Assembly (NCBI GenBank): GCA_964016885.1
Contig: CAXHJY010000397.1
Span: 62,001-126,000, forward strand
Origin: Eledone cirrhosa
Taxonomy: Eukaryota
Length of the DNA: 64,000 bases
Reading direction: 5' to 3'
Positions 12,201-25,499 of this stretch are shown piece after piece. The notes beneath the pieces are model-generated. The model saw only the letters and a program-made list of their open reading frames with translations. It searched no databases and was not told where the DNA came from. The first letter of the stretch is position 1. Every line of letters starts with the position of its first letter. The position numbers were made by a program, and so were the translations under genes.

Positions 12201-15200
12201 GCTTAGCTTAGGATAGCTTAGCTTAGCTTAGGATAGCTTAGCTTAGCTTAGCTTAGGATAGCTTAGCTTAGCTTAGCTTAGGATAGCTTAGCTTAGCTTA
12301 GCTTAGGATAGCTTAGCTTAGCTTAGCTTAGGATAGCTTAGCTTAGCTTAGGATAGCTTAGCTTAGCTTAGGATAGCTTAGCTTAGCTTAGCTTAGCTTA
12401 GCTTAGGATAGCTTAGCTTAGCTTAGCTTAGGATAGCTTAGCTTAGCTTAGCTTAGGATAGCTTAGCTTAGCTTAGCTTAGGATAGCTTAGCTTAGCTTA
12501 GGATAGCTTAGCTTAGCTTAGCTTAGGATAGCTTAGCTTAGCTGAGCTTAGGATAGCTTAGGATAGCTTAGCTTAGGATAGCTTAGGATAGCTTACCTTA
12601 GGAGAGCTTAGCTTAGGAAAGCTTAGCTTAGGATAGCTTAGGATAGCTTAGCTTAGGATAGCTTAGCTTAGGATAGCTTAGCTTAGGATAGCTTAGGATA
12701 GCTTAGCTTAGCTTAGCTTAGGATAGCTTAGCTTAGCTTAGCTTAGGATAGCTTAGCTTAGCTTAGCTTAGGATAGATTAGCTTAGCTTAGGATAGCTTA
12801 GCTTAGCTTAGCTTAGGAAAGCTTAGCTTAGCTTAGGATAGCTTAGTTTAGCTTAGCTTAGGAGAGCTTAGCTTAGCTTAGCTTAGGATAGCTTAGCTTA
12901 GCTTAGCTTAGGATAGCTTAGCTTAGCTTAGCTTAGGTAGCTTAGCTTAGCTTAGCTTAGGATAGCTTAGCTTAGCTTAGCTTAGCTTAGCTTAGGTTAG
13001 CTTAGCTTAGCTTAGCTTAGGAGAGCTTAGCTTAGCTTAGCTTAGGATAGCTTAGGATAGCTTAGCTTAGGATAGCTTAGGATAGCTTACCTTAGGAGAG
13101 CTTAGCTTAGGATAGCTTAGCTTAGGATAGCTTAGGATAGCTTAGCTTAGGATAGCTTAGCTTAGGATAGCTTAGCTTAGGATAGCTTAGGATAGCTTAG
13201 CTTAGCTTAGCTTAGGATAGCTTAGCTTAGCTTAGCTTAGGATAGCTTAGCTTAGGTTAGCTTAGCTTAGCTTAGCTTAGCTTAGGATAGCTTAGCTTAG
13301 GATAGCTTAGGATAGCTTAGCTTAGGATAGCTTAGGATAGCTTAGCTTAGGAGAGCTTAGCTTAGGATAGCTTAGGATAGCTTAGCTTAGGATAGCTTAG
13401 GATAGCTTAGCTTAGGATAGCTTAGCTTAGGATAGCTTAGGATAGCTTAGCTTAGCTTAGGATAGCTTAGCTTAGCTTAGCTTAGGATAGCTTAGCTTAG
13501 CTTAGCTTAGGATAGCTTAGCTTAGCTTAGCTTAGGATAGCTTAGGATAGCTTAGCTTAGGATAGCTTAGGATAGCTTAGCTTAGGATAGCTTAGGATAG
13601 CTTAGGATAGCTTAGCTTAGCTTAGCTTAGGATAGCTTAGCTTAGCTTAGCTTAGGATAGCTTAGCTTAGCTTAGCTTAGGATAGCTTAGCTTAGCTTAG
13701 GATAGCTTAGCTTAGCTTAGCTTAGGATAGCTTAGCTTAGCTTAGCTTAGGACAGCTTAGCTTAGCTTAGCTTAGGATAGCTTAGCTTAGCTTAGGATAG
13801 CTTAGCTTAGCTTAGCTTAGGATAGCTTAGCTTAGCTTAGCTTAGGATAGCTTAGCTTAGGATAGCTTAGCTTAGGATAGCTTAGCTTAGGTTAGCTTAG
13901 CTTAGCTTAGCTTAGGATAGCTTAGGATAGCTTAGCTTAGGATAGCTTAGCTTAGCTTAGCTTAGGATAGCTTAGCTTAGCTTAGCTTAGGATAGCTTAG
14001 CTTAGCTTAGCTTAGGATAGCTTAGCTTAGCTTAGCTTAGGATAGCTTAGGATAGCTTAGCTTAGCTTAGCTTAGGGTAGCTTAGCTTAGCTTAGCTTAG
14101 GATAGCTTAGCTTAGCTTAGGATAGCTTAGCTTAGCTTAGCTTAGGATAGCTTAGCTTAGCTTAGCTTAGGATAGCTTAGCTTAGCTTAGCTTAGGATAG
14201 CTTAGGATAGCTTAGGATAGCTTAGCTTAGCTTAGCTTAGGATAGCTTAGCTTAGCTTAGCTTAGGATAGCTTAGCTTAGCTTAGCTTAGGAAAGCTTAG
14301 CTTAGCTTAGGATAGCTTAGCTTAGCTTAGCTTAGGATAGCTTAGCTTAGCTTAGCTTAGGATAGCTTAGCTTAGCTTAGCTTAGGATAGCTTAGCTTAG
14401 CTTAGGATAGCTTAGCTTAGCTTAGCTTAGGATAGCTTAGCTTAGGATAGCTTAGGATAGCTTAGCTTAGGATAGCTTAGCTTAGGATAGCTTAGGATAG
14501 CTTAGCTTAGCTTAGCTTAGGATAGCTTAGCTTAGCTTAGGATAGCTTAGCTTAGCTTAGCTTAGGATAGCTTAGCTTAGCTTAGCTTAGGATAGCTTAG
14601 CTTAGCTTAGGATAGCTTAGCTTAGCTTAGCTTAGGATAGCTTAGCTTAGCTTAGCTTAGGATAGCTTAGCTTAGCTTAGCTTAGGATAGCTTAGCTTAG
14701 GATAGCTTAGCTTAGGATAGCTTAGCTTAGGTTAGCTTAGCTTAGCTTAGCTTAGGATAGCTTAGGATAGCTTAGCTTAGGATAGCTTAGCTTAGCTTAG
14801 CTTAGGATAGCTTAGCTTAGCTTAGCTTAGGATAGCTTAGCTTAGGATAGCTTAGGATTGCTTAGCTTAGCTTAGCTTAGGATAGCTTAGCTTAGCTTAG
14901 CTTAGGATAGCTTAGCTTAGCTTAGGATAGCTTAGCTTAGCTTAGCTTAGGATAGCTTAGCTTAGCTTAGCTTAGGATAGCTTAGCTTAGCTTAGCTTAG
15001 GATAGCTTAGCTTAGCTTAGCTTAGGATAGCTTAGCTTAGCTTAGGATAGCTTAGCTTAGCTTAGCTTAGGATAGCTTAGCTTAGCTTAGGATAGCTTAG
15101 CTTAGCTTAGCTTAGGATAGCTTAGCTTAGCTTAGCTTAGGATAGCTTAGCTTAGCTTAGCTTAGGATAGCTTAGCTTAGCTTAGCTTAGGATAGCTTAG

Positions 15201-17350
15201 CTTAGCTTAGCTTAGGATAGATTAGCTTAGCTTAGGATAGCTTAGCTTAGCTTAGCTTAGGAAAGCTTAGCTTAGCTTAGGATAGCTTAGCTTAGCTTAG
15301 CTTAGGAGAGCTTAGCTTAGCTTAGCTTAGGATAGCTTAGCTTAGCTTAGCTTAGGATAGCTTAGCTTAGCTTAGGTAGCTTAGCTTAGCTTAGCTTAGG
15401 ATAGCTTAGCTTAGCTTAGCTTAGCTTAGGATAGCTTAGCTTAGCTTAGCTTAGGAGAGCTTAGCTTAGCTTAGCTTAGGATAGCTTAGGATAGCTTAGC
15501 TTAGGATAGCTTAGGATAGCTTACCTTAGGAGAGCTTAGCTTAGGATAGCTTAGCTTAGGATAGCTTAGGATAGCTTAGCTTAGGATAGCTTAGCTTAGG
15601 ATAGCTTAGCTTAGGATAGCTTAGGATAGCTTAGCTTAGCTTAGGATAGCTTAGCTTAGCTTAGCTTAGGATAGCTTAGCTTAGGTTAGCTTAGCTTAGC
15701 TTAGCTTAGCTTAGGATAGCTTAGCTTAGGATAGCTTAGGATAGCTTAGGATAGCTTAGCTTAGGATAGCTTAGCTTAGGATAGCTTAGGATAGCTTAGC
15801 TTAGGATAGCTTAGGATAGCTTAGCTTAGGATAGCTTAGCTTAGGATAGCTTAGGATAGCTTAGCTTAGCTTAGCTTAGGATAGCTTAGATTAGCTTAGC
15901 TTAGGATAGCTTAGCTTAGCTTAGCTTAGGATAGCTTAGCTTAGCTTAGCTTAGCTTAGGATAGCTTAGCTTAGCTTAGGATAGCTTAGCTTAGCTTAGG
16001 ATAGCTTAGCTTAGCTTAGCTTAGGATAGCTTAGCTTAGCTTAGCTTAGGATAGCTTAGCTTAGCTTAGCTTAGGATAGCTTAGCTTAGCTTAGCTTAGG
16101 ATAGCTTAGCTTAGCTTAGCTTAGGATAGCTTAGCTTAGCTTAGCTTAGGATAGCTTAGCTTAGCTTAGCTCAGGATAGCTTAGCTTAGGATAGCTTATC
16201 TTAGCTTAGCTTAGGATAGCTTAGCTTAGCTTAGCTTAGGATAGCTTAGCTTAGCTTAGCTTAGGATAGCTTAGCTTAGCTTGGCTTAGGATAGCTTAGC
16301 TTAGCTTAGCTTAGGATAGCCTAGCTTAGCTTAGCTTAGGATGGCTTAGCTTAGCTTAGCTTAGGATAGCTTAGCTTAGCTTAGCATAGGATAGCTTAGC
16401 TTAGTTTAGGATAGCTTAGCTTAGCTAAGCTTAGCTTAGGATAGCTTAGGATAGCTTAGCTTAGGATAGCTTAGGATAGCTTAGCTTAGGATAGCTTAGC
16501 TTAGGATAGCTTAGCTTAGGATAGCTTAGGATAGCTTAGCTTAGGATAGCTTAGGATAGCTTAGCTTAGGATAGCTTAGGATAGCTTAGCTTAGGATAGC
16601 TTAGGAAAGCTTAGCTTAGCTTAGCTTAGGATAGCTTAGCTTAGCTTAGCTTAGGATAGCTTAGCTTAGCTTAGCTTAGGATAGCTTAGGATAGCTTAGC
16701 TTAGGATAGCTTAGGATAGCTTAGATTAGGATAGCTTAGCTTAGGTTAGCTTAGCTTAGGATAGCTTAGGATAGCTTAGCTTAGGATAGCTTAGGATAGC
16801 TTAGCTTAGGATAGCTTAGCTTAGGATAGCTTAGCTTAGGATAGCTTAGGATAGCTTAGCTTAGCTTAGCTTAGGATAGCTTAGCTTAGCTTAGCTTAGG
16901 ATAGCTTAGCTTAGCTTAGCTTAGCTTAGGATAGCTTAGCTTAGCTTAGCTTAGGATAGCTTAGGATAGCTTAGCTTAGGATAGTTTAGGATAGCTTAGG
17001 ATAGCTTAGCTTAGGATAGCTTAGGATAGCTTAGCTTAGGATAGCTTAGCTTAGGATAGCTTAGCTTAGCTTAGCTTAGGATAGCTTAGCTTAGGATAGC
17101 TTAGGATAGCTTAGCTTAGGATAGCTTAGCTTAGGATAGCTTAGGATAGCTTAGCTTAGCTTAGCTTAGCTTAGCTTAGCTTAGGATAGCTTAGCTTAGC
17201 TTAGCTTAGGATAGCTTAGCTTAGCTTAGGATAGCTTAGCTTAGCTTAGCTTAGGTAGCTTAGCTTAGCTTAGCTTAGGATAGCTTAGCTTAGCTTAGCT
17301 TAGGATAGCTTAGCTTAGCTTAGCTTAGGATAGCTTAGCTTAGCTTAGCT
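3800..17350 (+). repeat. Two adjacent near-identical copies of a ~6.75 kb higher-order repeat (about 3.8-10.5 kb and 10.5-17.3 kb)
   Basis: Landmarks recur at offset 6,746: GCTGAG 3964/10710 and 5798/12544; AGGGT 7328/14074; GGATTG 8113/14859; GCTCAG 9426/16172. The offset becomes 6,756 later (AGGAA 9851/16607, AGGT 10497/17253). Confidence 0.92.
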
Positions 17351-20300
17351 TAGGATAGCTTAGCTTAGCTTAGCTTAGGATAGCTTAGCTTAGCTTAGCT
17401 TAGGTTAGCTTAGCTTAGGATAGCTTAGTTTAGGTTAGCTTAGCTTAGCTTAGCTTAGCATAGCTTAGGATAGCTTAGCTTAGGATAGCTTAGCTTAGCT
17501 TAGCTTAGGATAGCTTAGCTTAGCTTAGCTTAGGATAGCTTAGCTTAGCTTAGCTTAGGATAGCTTAGCTTAGGATAGCTTAGGATAGCTTAGCTTAGGA
17601 TAGCTTAGCTTAGGATAGCTTAGCTTAGCTTAGCTTAGGATAGCTTAGCTTAGGATAGCTTAGGATAGCTTAGCTTAGGATAGCTTAGCTTAGGATAGCT
17701 TAGGATAGCTTAGCTTAGCTTAGCTTAGGATAGCTTAGCTTAGCTTAGCTTAGGATAGCTTAGCTTAGCTTAGCTTAGGATAGCTTAGCTTAGCTTAGCT
17801 TAGGATAGCTTAGGATAGCTTAGCTTAGCTTAGCTTAGCTTAGGATAGCTTAGCTTAGCTTAGCTTAGGATAGCTTAGCTTAGCTTAGCTTAGGATAGCT
17901 TAGCTTAGCTTAGCTTAGGATAGCTTAGCTTAGATTAGCTTAGGATAGCTTAGCTTAGCTTAGCTTAGGATAGCTTAGGTTAGCTTAGGATAGCTTAGCT
18001 TAGGATAGCTTAGCTTAGGATAGCTTAGCTTAGGTTAGCTTAGCTTAGCTTAGGATAGCTTAGGATAGCTTAGCTTAGGATAGCTTAGCTTAGCTTAGGA
18101 TAGCTTAGCTTAGCTTAGGATAGCTTAGCTTAGCTTAGCTTAGCTTAGGATAGCTTAGCTTAGGATAGCTTAGGATAGCTTAGCTTAGCTTAGGATAGCT
18201 TAGCTTAGCTTAGCTTAGGATAGCTTAGCTTAGCTTAGCTTAGGATAGCTTAGGATAGCTTAGCTTAGCTTAGCTTAGGATAGCTTAGCTTAGCTTAGCT
18301 TAGGATAGCTTAGCTTAGCTTAGGATAGCTTAGCTTAGCTTAGGATAGCTTAGCTTAGCTTAGCTTAGCTTAGGATAGCTTAGCTTAGCTTAGCTTAGGA
18401 TAGCTTAGCTTAGCTTAGGATAGCTTAGCTTAGCTTAGCTTAGGATAGCTTAGCTTAGCTTAGCTTAGGATAGCTTAGCTTAGCTTAGCTTAGGATAGCT
18501 TAGCTTAGCTTAGCTTAGGATAGCTTAGCTTAGCTTAGGATAGCTTAGCTTAGCTTAGGATAGCTTAGCTTAGCTTAGCTTAGCTTAGCTTAGGATAGCT
18601 TAGCTTAGCTTAGCTTAGGATAGCTTAGCTTAGCTTAGCTTAGGATAGCTTAGCTTAGCTTAGCTTAGGATAGCTTAGCTTAGCTTAGGATAGCTTAGCT
18701 TAGCTTAGCTTAGGATAGCTTAGCTTAGCTGAGCTTAGGATAGCTTAGGATAGCTTAGCTTAGGATAGCTTAGGATAGCTTACCTTAGGAGAGCTTAGCT
18801 TAGGAAAGCTTAGCTTAGGATAGCTTAGGATAGCTTAGCTTAGGATAGCTTAGCTTAGGATAGCTTAGCTTAGGATAGCTTAGGATAGCTTAGCTTAGCT
18901 TAGCTTAGGATAGCTTAGCTTAGCTTAGCTTAGGATAGCTTAGCTTAGCTTAGCTTAGGATAGATTAGCTTAGCTTAGGATAGCTTAGCTTAGCTTAGCT
19001 TAGGAAAGCTTAGCTTAGCTTAGGATAGCTTAGTTTAGCTTAGCTTAGGAGAGCTTAGCTTAGCTTAGCTTAGGATAGCTTAGCTTAGCTTAGCTTAGGA
19101 TAGCTTAGCTTAGCTTAGCTTAGGTAGCTTAGCTTAGCTTAGCTTAGGATAGCTTAGCTTAGCTTAGCTTAGCTTAGGTTAGCTTAGCTTAGCTTAGCTT
19201 AGGAGAGCTTAGCTTAGCTTAGCTTAGGATAGCTTAGGATAGCTTAGCTTAGGATAGCTTAGGATAGCTTACCTTAGGAGAGCTTAGCTTAGGATAGCTT
19301 AGCTTAGGATAGCTTAGGATAGCTTAGCTTAGGATAGCTTAGCTTAGGATAGCTTAGCTTAGGATAGCTTAGGATAGCTTAGCTTAGCTTAGCTTAGGAT
19401 AGCTTAGCTTAGCTTAGCTTAGGATAGCTTAGCTTAGGTTAGCTTAGCTTAGCTTAGCTTAGCTTAGGATAGCTTAGCTTAGGATAGCTTAGGATAGCTT
19501 AGCTTAGGATAGCTTAGGATAGCTTAGCTTAGGAGAGCTTAGCTTAGGATAGCTTAGGATAGCTTAGCTTAGGATAGCTTAGGATAGCTTAGCTTAGGAT
19601 AGCTTAGCTTAGGATAGCTTAGGATAGCTTAGCTTAGGATAGCTTAGGATAGCTTAGCTTAGGATAGCTTAGGAAAGCTTAGCTTAGCTTAGCTTAGGAT
19701 AGCTTAGCTTAGCTTAGCTTAGGATAGCTTAGCTTAGCTTAGCTTAGGATAGCTTAGGATAGCTTAGCTTAGGATAGCTTAGGATAGCTTAGGATAGCTT
19801 AGCTTAGCTTAGCTTAGGATAGCTTAGCTTAGCTTAGCTTAGGATAGCTTAGCTTAGCTTAGCTTAGGATAGCTTAGCTTAGCTTAGGATAGCTTAGCTT
19901 AGCTTAGCTTAGGATAGCTTAGCTTAGCTTAGCTTAGGACAGCTTAGCTTAGCTTAGCTTAGGATAGCTTAGCTTAGCTTAGGATAGCTTAGCTTAGCTT
20001 AGCTTAGGATAGCTTAGCTTAGCTTAGCTTAGGATAGCTTAGCTTAGGATAGCTTAGCTTAGGATAGCTTAGCTTAGGTTAGCTTAGCTTAGCTTAGCTT
20101 AGGATAGCTTAGGATAGCTTAGCTTAGGATAGCTTAGCTTAGCTTAGCTTAGGATAGCTTAGCTTAGCTTAGCTTAGGATAGCTTAGCTTAGCTTAGCTT
20201 AGGATAGCTTAGCTTAGCTTAGCTTAGGATAGCTTAGGATAGCTTAGCTTAGCTTAGCTTAGGGTAGCTTAGCTTAGCTTAGCTTAGGATAGCTTAGCTT

Positions 20301-22400
20301 AGCTTAGGATAGCTTAGCTTAGGATAGCTTAGCTTAGCTTAGCTTAGGATAGCTTAGCTTAGCTTAGCTTAGGATAGCTTAGGATAGCTTAGGATAGCTT
20401 AGCTTAGCTTAGCTTAGGATAGCTTAGCTTAGCTTAGCTTAGGATAGCTTAGCTTAGCTTAGCTTAGGATAGCTTAGCTTAGCTTAGGATAGCTTAGCTT
20501 AGCTTAGCTTAGGATAGCTTAGCTTAGCTTAGCTTAGGATAGCTTAGCTTAGCTTAGCTTAGGATAGCTTAGCTTAGCTTAGGATAGCTTAGCTTAGCTT
20601 AGCTTAGGATAGCTTAGCTTAGGATAGCTTAGGATAGCTTAGCTTAGGATAGCTTAGCTTAGGATAGCTTAGGATAGCTTAGCTTAGCTTAGCTTAGGAT
20701 AGCTTAGCTTAGCTTAGGATAGCTTAGCTTAGCTTAGCTTAGGATAGCTTAGCTTAGCTTAGCTTAGGATAGCTTAGCTTAGCTTAGGATAGCTTAGCTT
20801 AGCTTAGCTTAGGATAGCTTAGCTTAGCTTAGCTTAGGATAGCTTAGCTTAGCTTAGCTTAGGATAGCTTAGCTTAGGATAGCTTAGCTTAGGATAGCTT
20901 AGCTTAGGTTAGCTTAGCTTAGCTTAGCTTAGGATAGCTTAGGATAGCTTAGCTTAGGATAGCTTAGCTTAGCTTAGCTTAGGATAGCTTAGCTTAGCTT
21001 AGCTTAGGATAGCTTAGCTTAGGATAGCTTAGGATTGCTTAGCTTAGCTTAGCTTAGGATAGCTTAGCTTAGCTTAGCTTAGGATAGCTTAGCTTAGCTT
21101 AGGATAGCTTAGCTTAGCTTAGCTTAGGATAGCTTAGCTTAGCTTAGCTTAGGATAGCTTAGCTTAGCTTAGCTTAGGATAGCTTAGCTTAGCTTAGCTT
21201 AGGATAGCTTAGCTTAGCTTAGGATAGCTTAGCTTAGCTTAGCTTAGGATAGCTTAGCTTAGCTTAGGATAGCTTAGCTTAGCTTAGCTTAGGATAGCTT
21301 AGCTTAGCTTAGCTTAGGATAGCTTAGCTTAGCTTAGCTTAGGATAGCTTAGCTTAGCTTAGCTTAGGATAGCTTAGCTTAGCTTAGCTTAGGATAGATT
21401 AGCTTAGCTTAGGATAGCTTAGCTTAGCTTAGCTTAGGAAAGCTTAGCTTAGCTTAGGATAGCTTAGCTTAGCTTAGCTTAGGAGAGCTTAGCTTAGCTT
21501 AGCTTAGGATAGCTTAGCTTAGCTTAGCTTAGGATAGCTTAGCTTAGCTTAGGTAGCTTAGCTTAGCTTAGCTTAGGATAGCTTAGCTTAGCTTAGCTTA
21601 GCTTAGGATAGCTTAGCTTAGCTTAGCTTAGGAGAGCTTAGCTTAGCTTAGCTTAGGATAGCTTAGGATAGCTTAGCTTAGGATAGCTTAGGATAGCTTA
21701 CCTTAGGAGAGCTTAGCTTAGGATAGCTTAGCTTAGGATAGCTTAGGATAGCTTAGCTTAGGATAGCTTAGCTTAGGATAGCTTAGCTTAGGATAGCTTA
21801 GGATAGCTTAGCTTAGCTTAGGATAGCTTAGCTTAGCTTAGCTTAGGATAGCTTAGCTTAGGTTAGCTTAGCTTAGCTTAGCTTAGCTTAGGATAGCTTA
21901 GCTTAGGATAGCTTAGGATAGCTTAGGATAGCTTAGCTTAGGATAGCTTAGCTTAGGATAGCTTAGGATAGCTTAGCTTAGGATAGCTTAGGATAGCTTA
22001 GCTTAGGATAGCTTAGCTTAGGATAGCTTAGGATAGCTTAGCTTAGCTTAGCTTAGGATAGCTTAGATTAGCTTAGCTTAGGATAGCTTAGCTTAGCTTA
22101 GCTTAGGATAGCTTAGCTTAGCTTAGCTTAGCTTAGGATAGCTTAGCTTAGCTTAGGATAGCTTAGCTTAGCTTAGGATAGCTTAGCTTAGCTTAGCTTA
22201 GGATAGCTTAGCTTAGCTTAGCTTAGGATAGCTTAGCTTAGCTTAGCTTAGGATAGCTTAGCTTAGCTTAGCTTAGGATAGCTTAGCTTAGCTTAGCTTA
22301 GGATAGCTTAGCTTAGCTTAGCTTAGGATAGCTTAGCTTAGCTTAGCTCAGGATAGCTTAGCTTAGGATAGCTTATCTTAGCTTAGCTTAGGATAGCTTA
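17350..22400 (+). repeat. Further higher-order repeat copy (~6.18 kb period), truncated in the SNV-rich block
   Basis: GCTGAG 12544/18731 (6,187); GGATTG 14859/21036 and GCTCAG 16172/22349 (both 6,177). Confidence 0.85.
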
Positions 22401-24600
22401 GCTTAGCTTAGCTTAGGATAGCTTATCTTAGCTTAGCTTAGGATAGCTTAGCTTAGCTTAGCTTAGGATAGCTTAGCTTAGCTTAGCTTAGGATAGCTTA
22501 GGATAGCTTAGCTTAGCTTAGCTTAGGGTAGCTTAGCTTAGCTTAGCTTAGGATAGCTTAGCTTAGCTTAGGATAGCTTAGCTTAGGATAGCTTAGCTTA
22601 GCTTAGCTTAGGATAGCTTAGCTTAGCTTAGCTTAGGATAGCTTAGGATAGCTTAGGATAGCTTAGCTTAGCTTAGCTTAGGATAGCTTAGCTTAGCTTA
22701 GCTTAGGATAGCTTAGCTTAGCTTAGCTTAGGATAGCTTAGCTTAGCTTAGGATAGCTTAGCTTAGCTTAGCTTAGGATAGCTTAGCTTAGCTTAGCTTA
22801 GGATAGCTTAGCTTAGCTTAGCTTAGGATAGCTTAGCTTAGCTTAGGATAGCTTAGCTTAGCTTAGCTTAGGATAGCTTAGCTTAGGATAGCTTAGGATA
22901 GCTTAGCTTAGGATAGCTTAGCTTAGGATAGCTTAGGATAGCTTAGCTTAGCTTAGCTTAGGATAGCTTAGCTTAGCTTAGGATAGCTTAGCTTAGCTTA
23001 GCTTAGGATAGCTTAGCTTAGCTTAGCTTAGGATAGCTTAGCTTAGCTTAGGATAGCTTAGCTTAGCTTAGCTTAGGATAGCTTAGCTTAGCTTAGCTTA
23101 GGATAGCTTAGCTTAGCTTAGCTTAGGATAGCTTAGCTTAGGATAGCTTAGCTTAGGATAGCTTAGCTTAGGTTAGCTTAGCTTAGCTTAGCTTAGGATA
23201 GCTTAGGATAGCTTAGCTTAGGATAGCTTAGCTTAGCTTAGCTTAGGATAGCTTAGCTTAGCTTAGCTTAGGATAGCTTAGCTTAGGATAGCTTAGGATT
23301 GCTTAGCTTAGCTTAGCTTAGGATAGCTTAGCTTAGCTTAGCTTAGGATAGCTTAGCTTAGCTTAGGATAGCTTAGCTTAGCTTAGCTTAGGATAGCTTA
23401 GCTTAGCTTAGCTTAGGATAGCTTAGCTTAGCTTAGCTTAGGATAGCTTAGCTTAGCTTAGCTTAGGATAGCTTAGCTTAGCTTAGGATAGCTTAGCTTA
23501 GCTTAGCTTAGGATAGCTTAGCTTAGCTTAGGATAGCTTAGCTTAGCTTAGCTTAGGATAGCTTAGCTTAGCTTAGCTTAGGATAGCTTAGCTTAGCTTA
23601 GCTTAGGATAGCTTAGCTTAGCTTAGCTTAGGATAGCTTAGCTTAGCTTAGCTTAGGATAGATTAGCTTAGCTTAGGATAGCTTAGCTTAGCTTAGCTTA
23701 GGAAAGCTTAGCTTAGCTTAGGATAGCTTAGCTTAGCTTAGCTTAGGAGAGCTTAGCTTAGCTTAGCTTAGGATAGCTTAGCTTAGCTTAGCTTAGGATA
23801 GCTTAGCTTAGCTTAGGTAGCTTAGCTTAGCTTAGCTTAGGATAGCTTAGCTTAGCTTAGCTTAGCTTAGGATAGCTTAGCTTAGCTTAGCTTAGGAGAG
23901 CTTAGCTTAGCTTAGCTTAGGATAGCTTAGGATAGCTTAGCTTAGGATAGCTTAGGATAGCTTACCTTAGGAGAGCTTAGCTTAGGATAGCTTAGCTTAG
24001 GATAGCTTAGGATAGCTTAGCTTAGGATAGCTTAGCTTAGGATAGCTTAGCTTAGGATAGCTTAGGATAGCTTAGCTTAGCTTAGGATAGCTTAGCTTAG
24101 CTTAGCTTAGGATAGCTTAGCTTAGGTTAGCTTAGCTTAGCTTAGCTTAGCTTAGGATAGCTTAGCTTAGGATAGCTTAGGATAGCTTAGGATAGCTTAG
24201 CTTAGGATAGCTTAGCTTAGGATAGCTTAGGATAGCTTAGCTTAGGATAGCTTAGGATAGCTTAGCTTAGGATAGCTTAGCTTAGGATAGCTTAGGATAG
24301 CTTAGCTTAGCTTAGCTTAGGATAGCTTAGATTAGCTTAGCTTAGGATAGCTTAGCTTAGCTTAGCTTAGGATAGCTTAGCTTAGCTTAGCTTAGCTTAG
24401 GATAGCTTAGCTTAGCTTAGGATAGCTTAGCTTAGCTTAGGATAGCTTAGCTTAGCTTAGCTTAGGATAGCTTAGCTTAGCTTAGCTTAGGATAGCTTAG
24501 CTTAGCTTAGCTTAGGATAGCTTAGCTTAGCTTAGCTTAGGATAGCTTAGCTTAGCTTAGGATAGCTTAGCTTAGCTTAGCTCAGGATAGCTTAGCTTAG
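20200..24600 (+). repeat. ~2.26 kb tandem duplication
   Basis: AGGGT 20261/22525, GGATTG 21036/23300 and AGGT 21551/23815 all at offset 2,264. Confidence 0.88.
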
Positions 24601-25499
24601 GATAGCTTATCTTAGCTTAGCTTAGGATAGCTTAGCTTAGCTTAGCTTAGGATAGCTTAGCTTAGCTTAGCTTAGGATAGCTTAGCTTAGCTTGGCTTAG
24701 GATAGCTTAGCTTAGCTTAGCTTAGGATAGCCTAGCTTAGCTTAGCTTAGGATGGCTTAGCTTAGCTTAGCTTAGGATAGCTTAGCTTAGCTTAGCATAG
24801 GATAGCTTAGCTTAGTTTAGGATAGCTTAGCTTAGCTAAGCTTAGCTTAGGATAGCTTAGGATAGCTTAGCTTAGGATAGCTTAGGATAGCTTAGCTTAG
24901 GATAGCTTAGCTTAGGATAGCTTAGCTTAGGATAGCTTAGGATAGCTTAGCTTAGGATAGCTTAGGATAGCTTAGCTTAGGATAGCTTAGGATAGCTTAG
25001 CTTAGGATAGCTTAGCTTAGGATAGCTTAGGAAAGCTTAGCTTAGCTTAGCTTAGGATAGCTTAGCTTAGCTTAGCTTAGGATAGCTTAGCTTAGCTTAG
25101 CTTAGGATAGCTTAGGATAGCTTAGCTTAGGATAGCTTAGGATAGCTTAGATTAGGATAGCTTAGCTTAGGTTAGCTTAGCTTAGGATAGCTTAGGATAG
25201 CTTAGCTTAGGATAGCTTAGGATAGCTTAGCTTAGGATAGCTTAGCTTAGGATAGCTTAGGATAGCTTAGCTTAGCTTAGCTTAGGATAGCTTAGCTTAG
25301 CTTAGCTTAGGATAGCTTAGCTTAGCTTAGCTTAGCTTAGGATAGCTTAGCTTAGCTTAGCTTAGGATAGCTTAGGATAGCTTAGCTTAGGATAGTTTAG
25401 GATAGCTTAGGATAGCTTAGCTTAGGATAGCTTAGGATAGCTTAGCTTAGGATAGCTTAGCTTAGGATAGCTTAGCTTAGCTTAGCTTAGTATAGCTTA

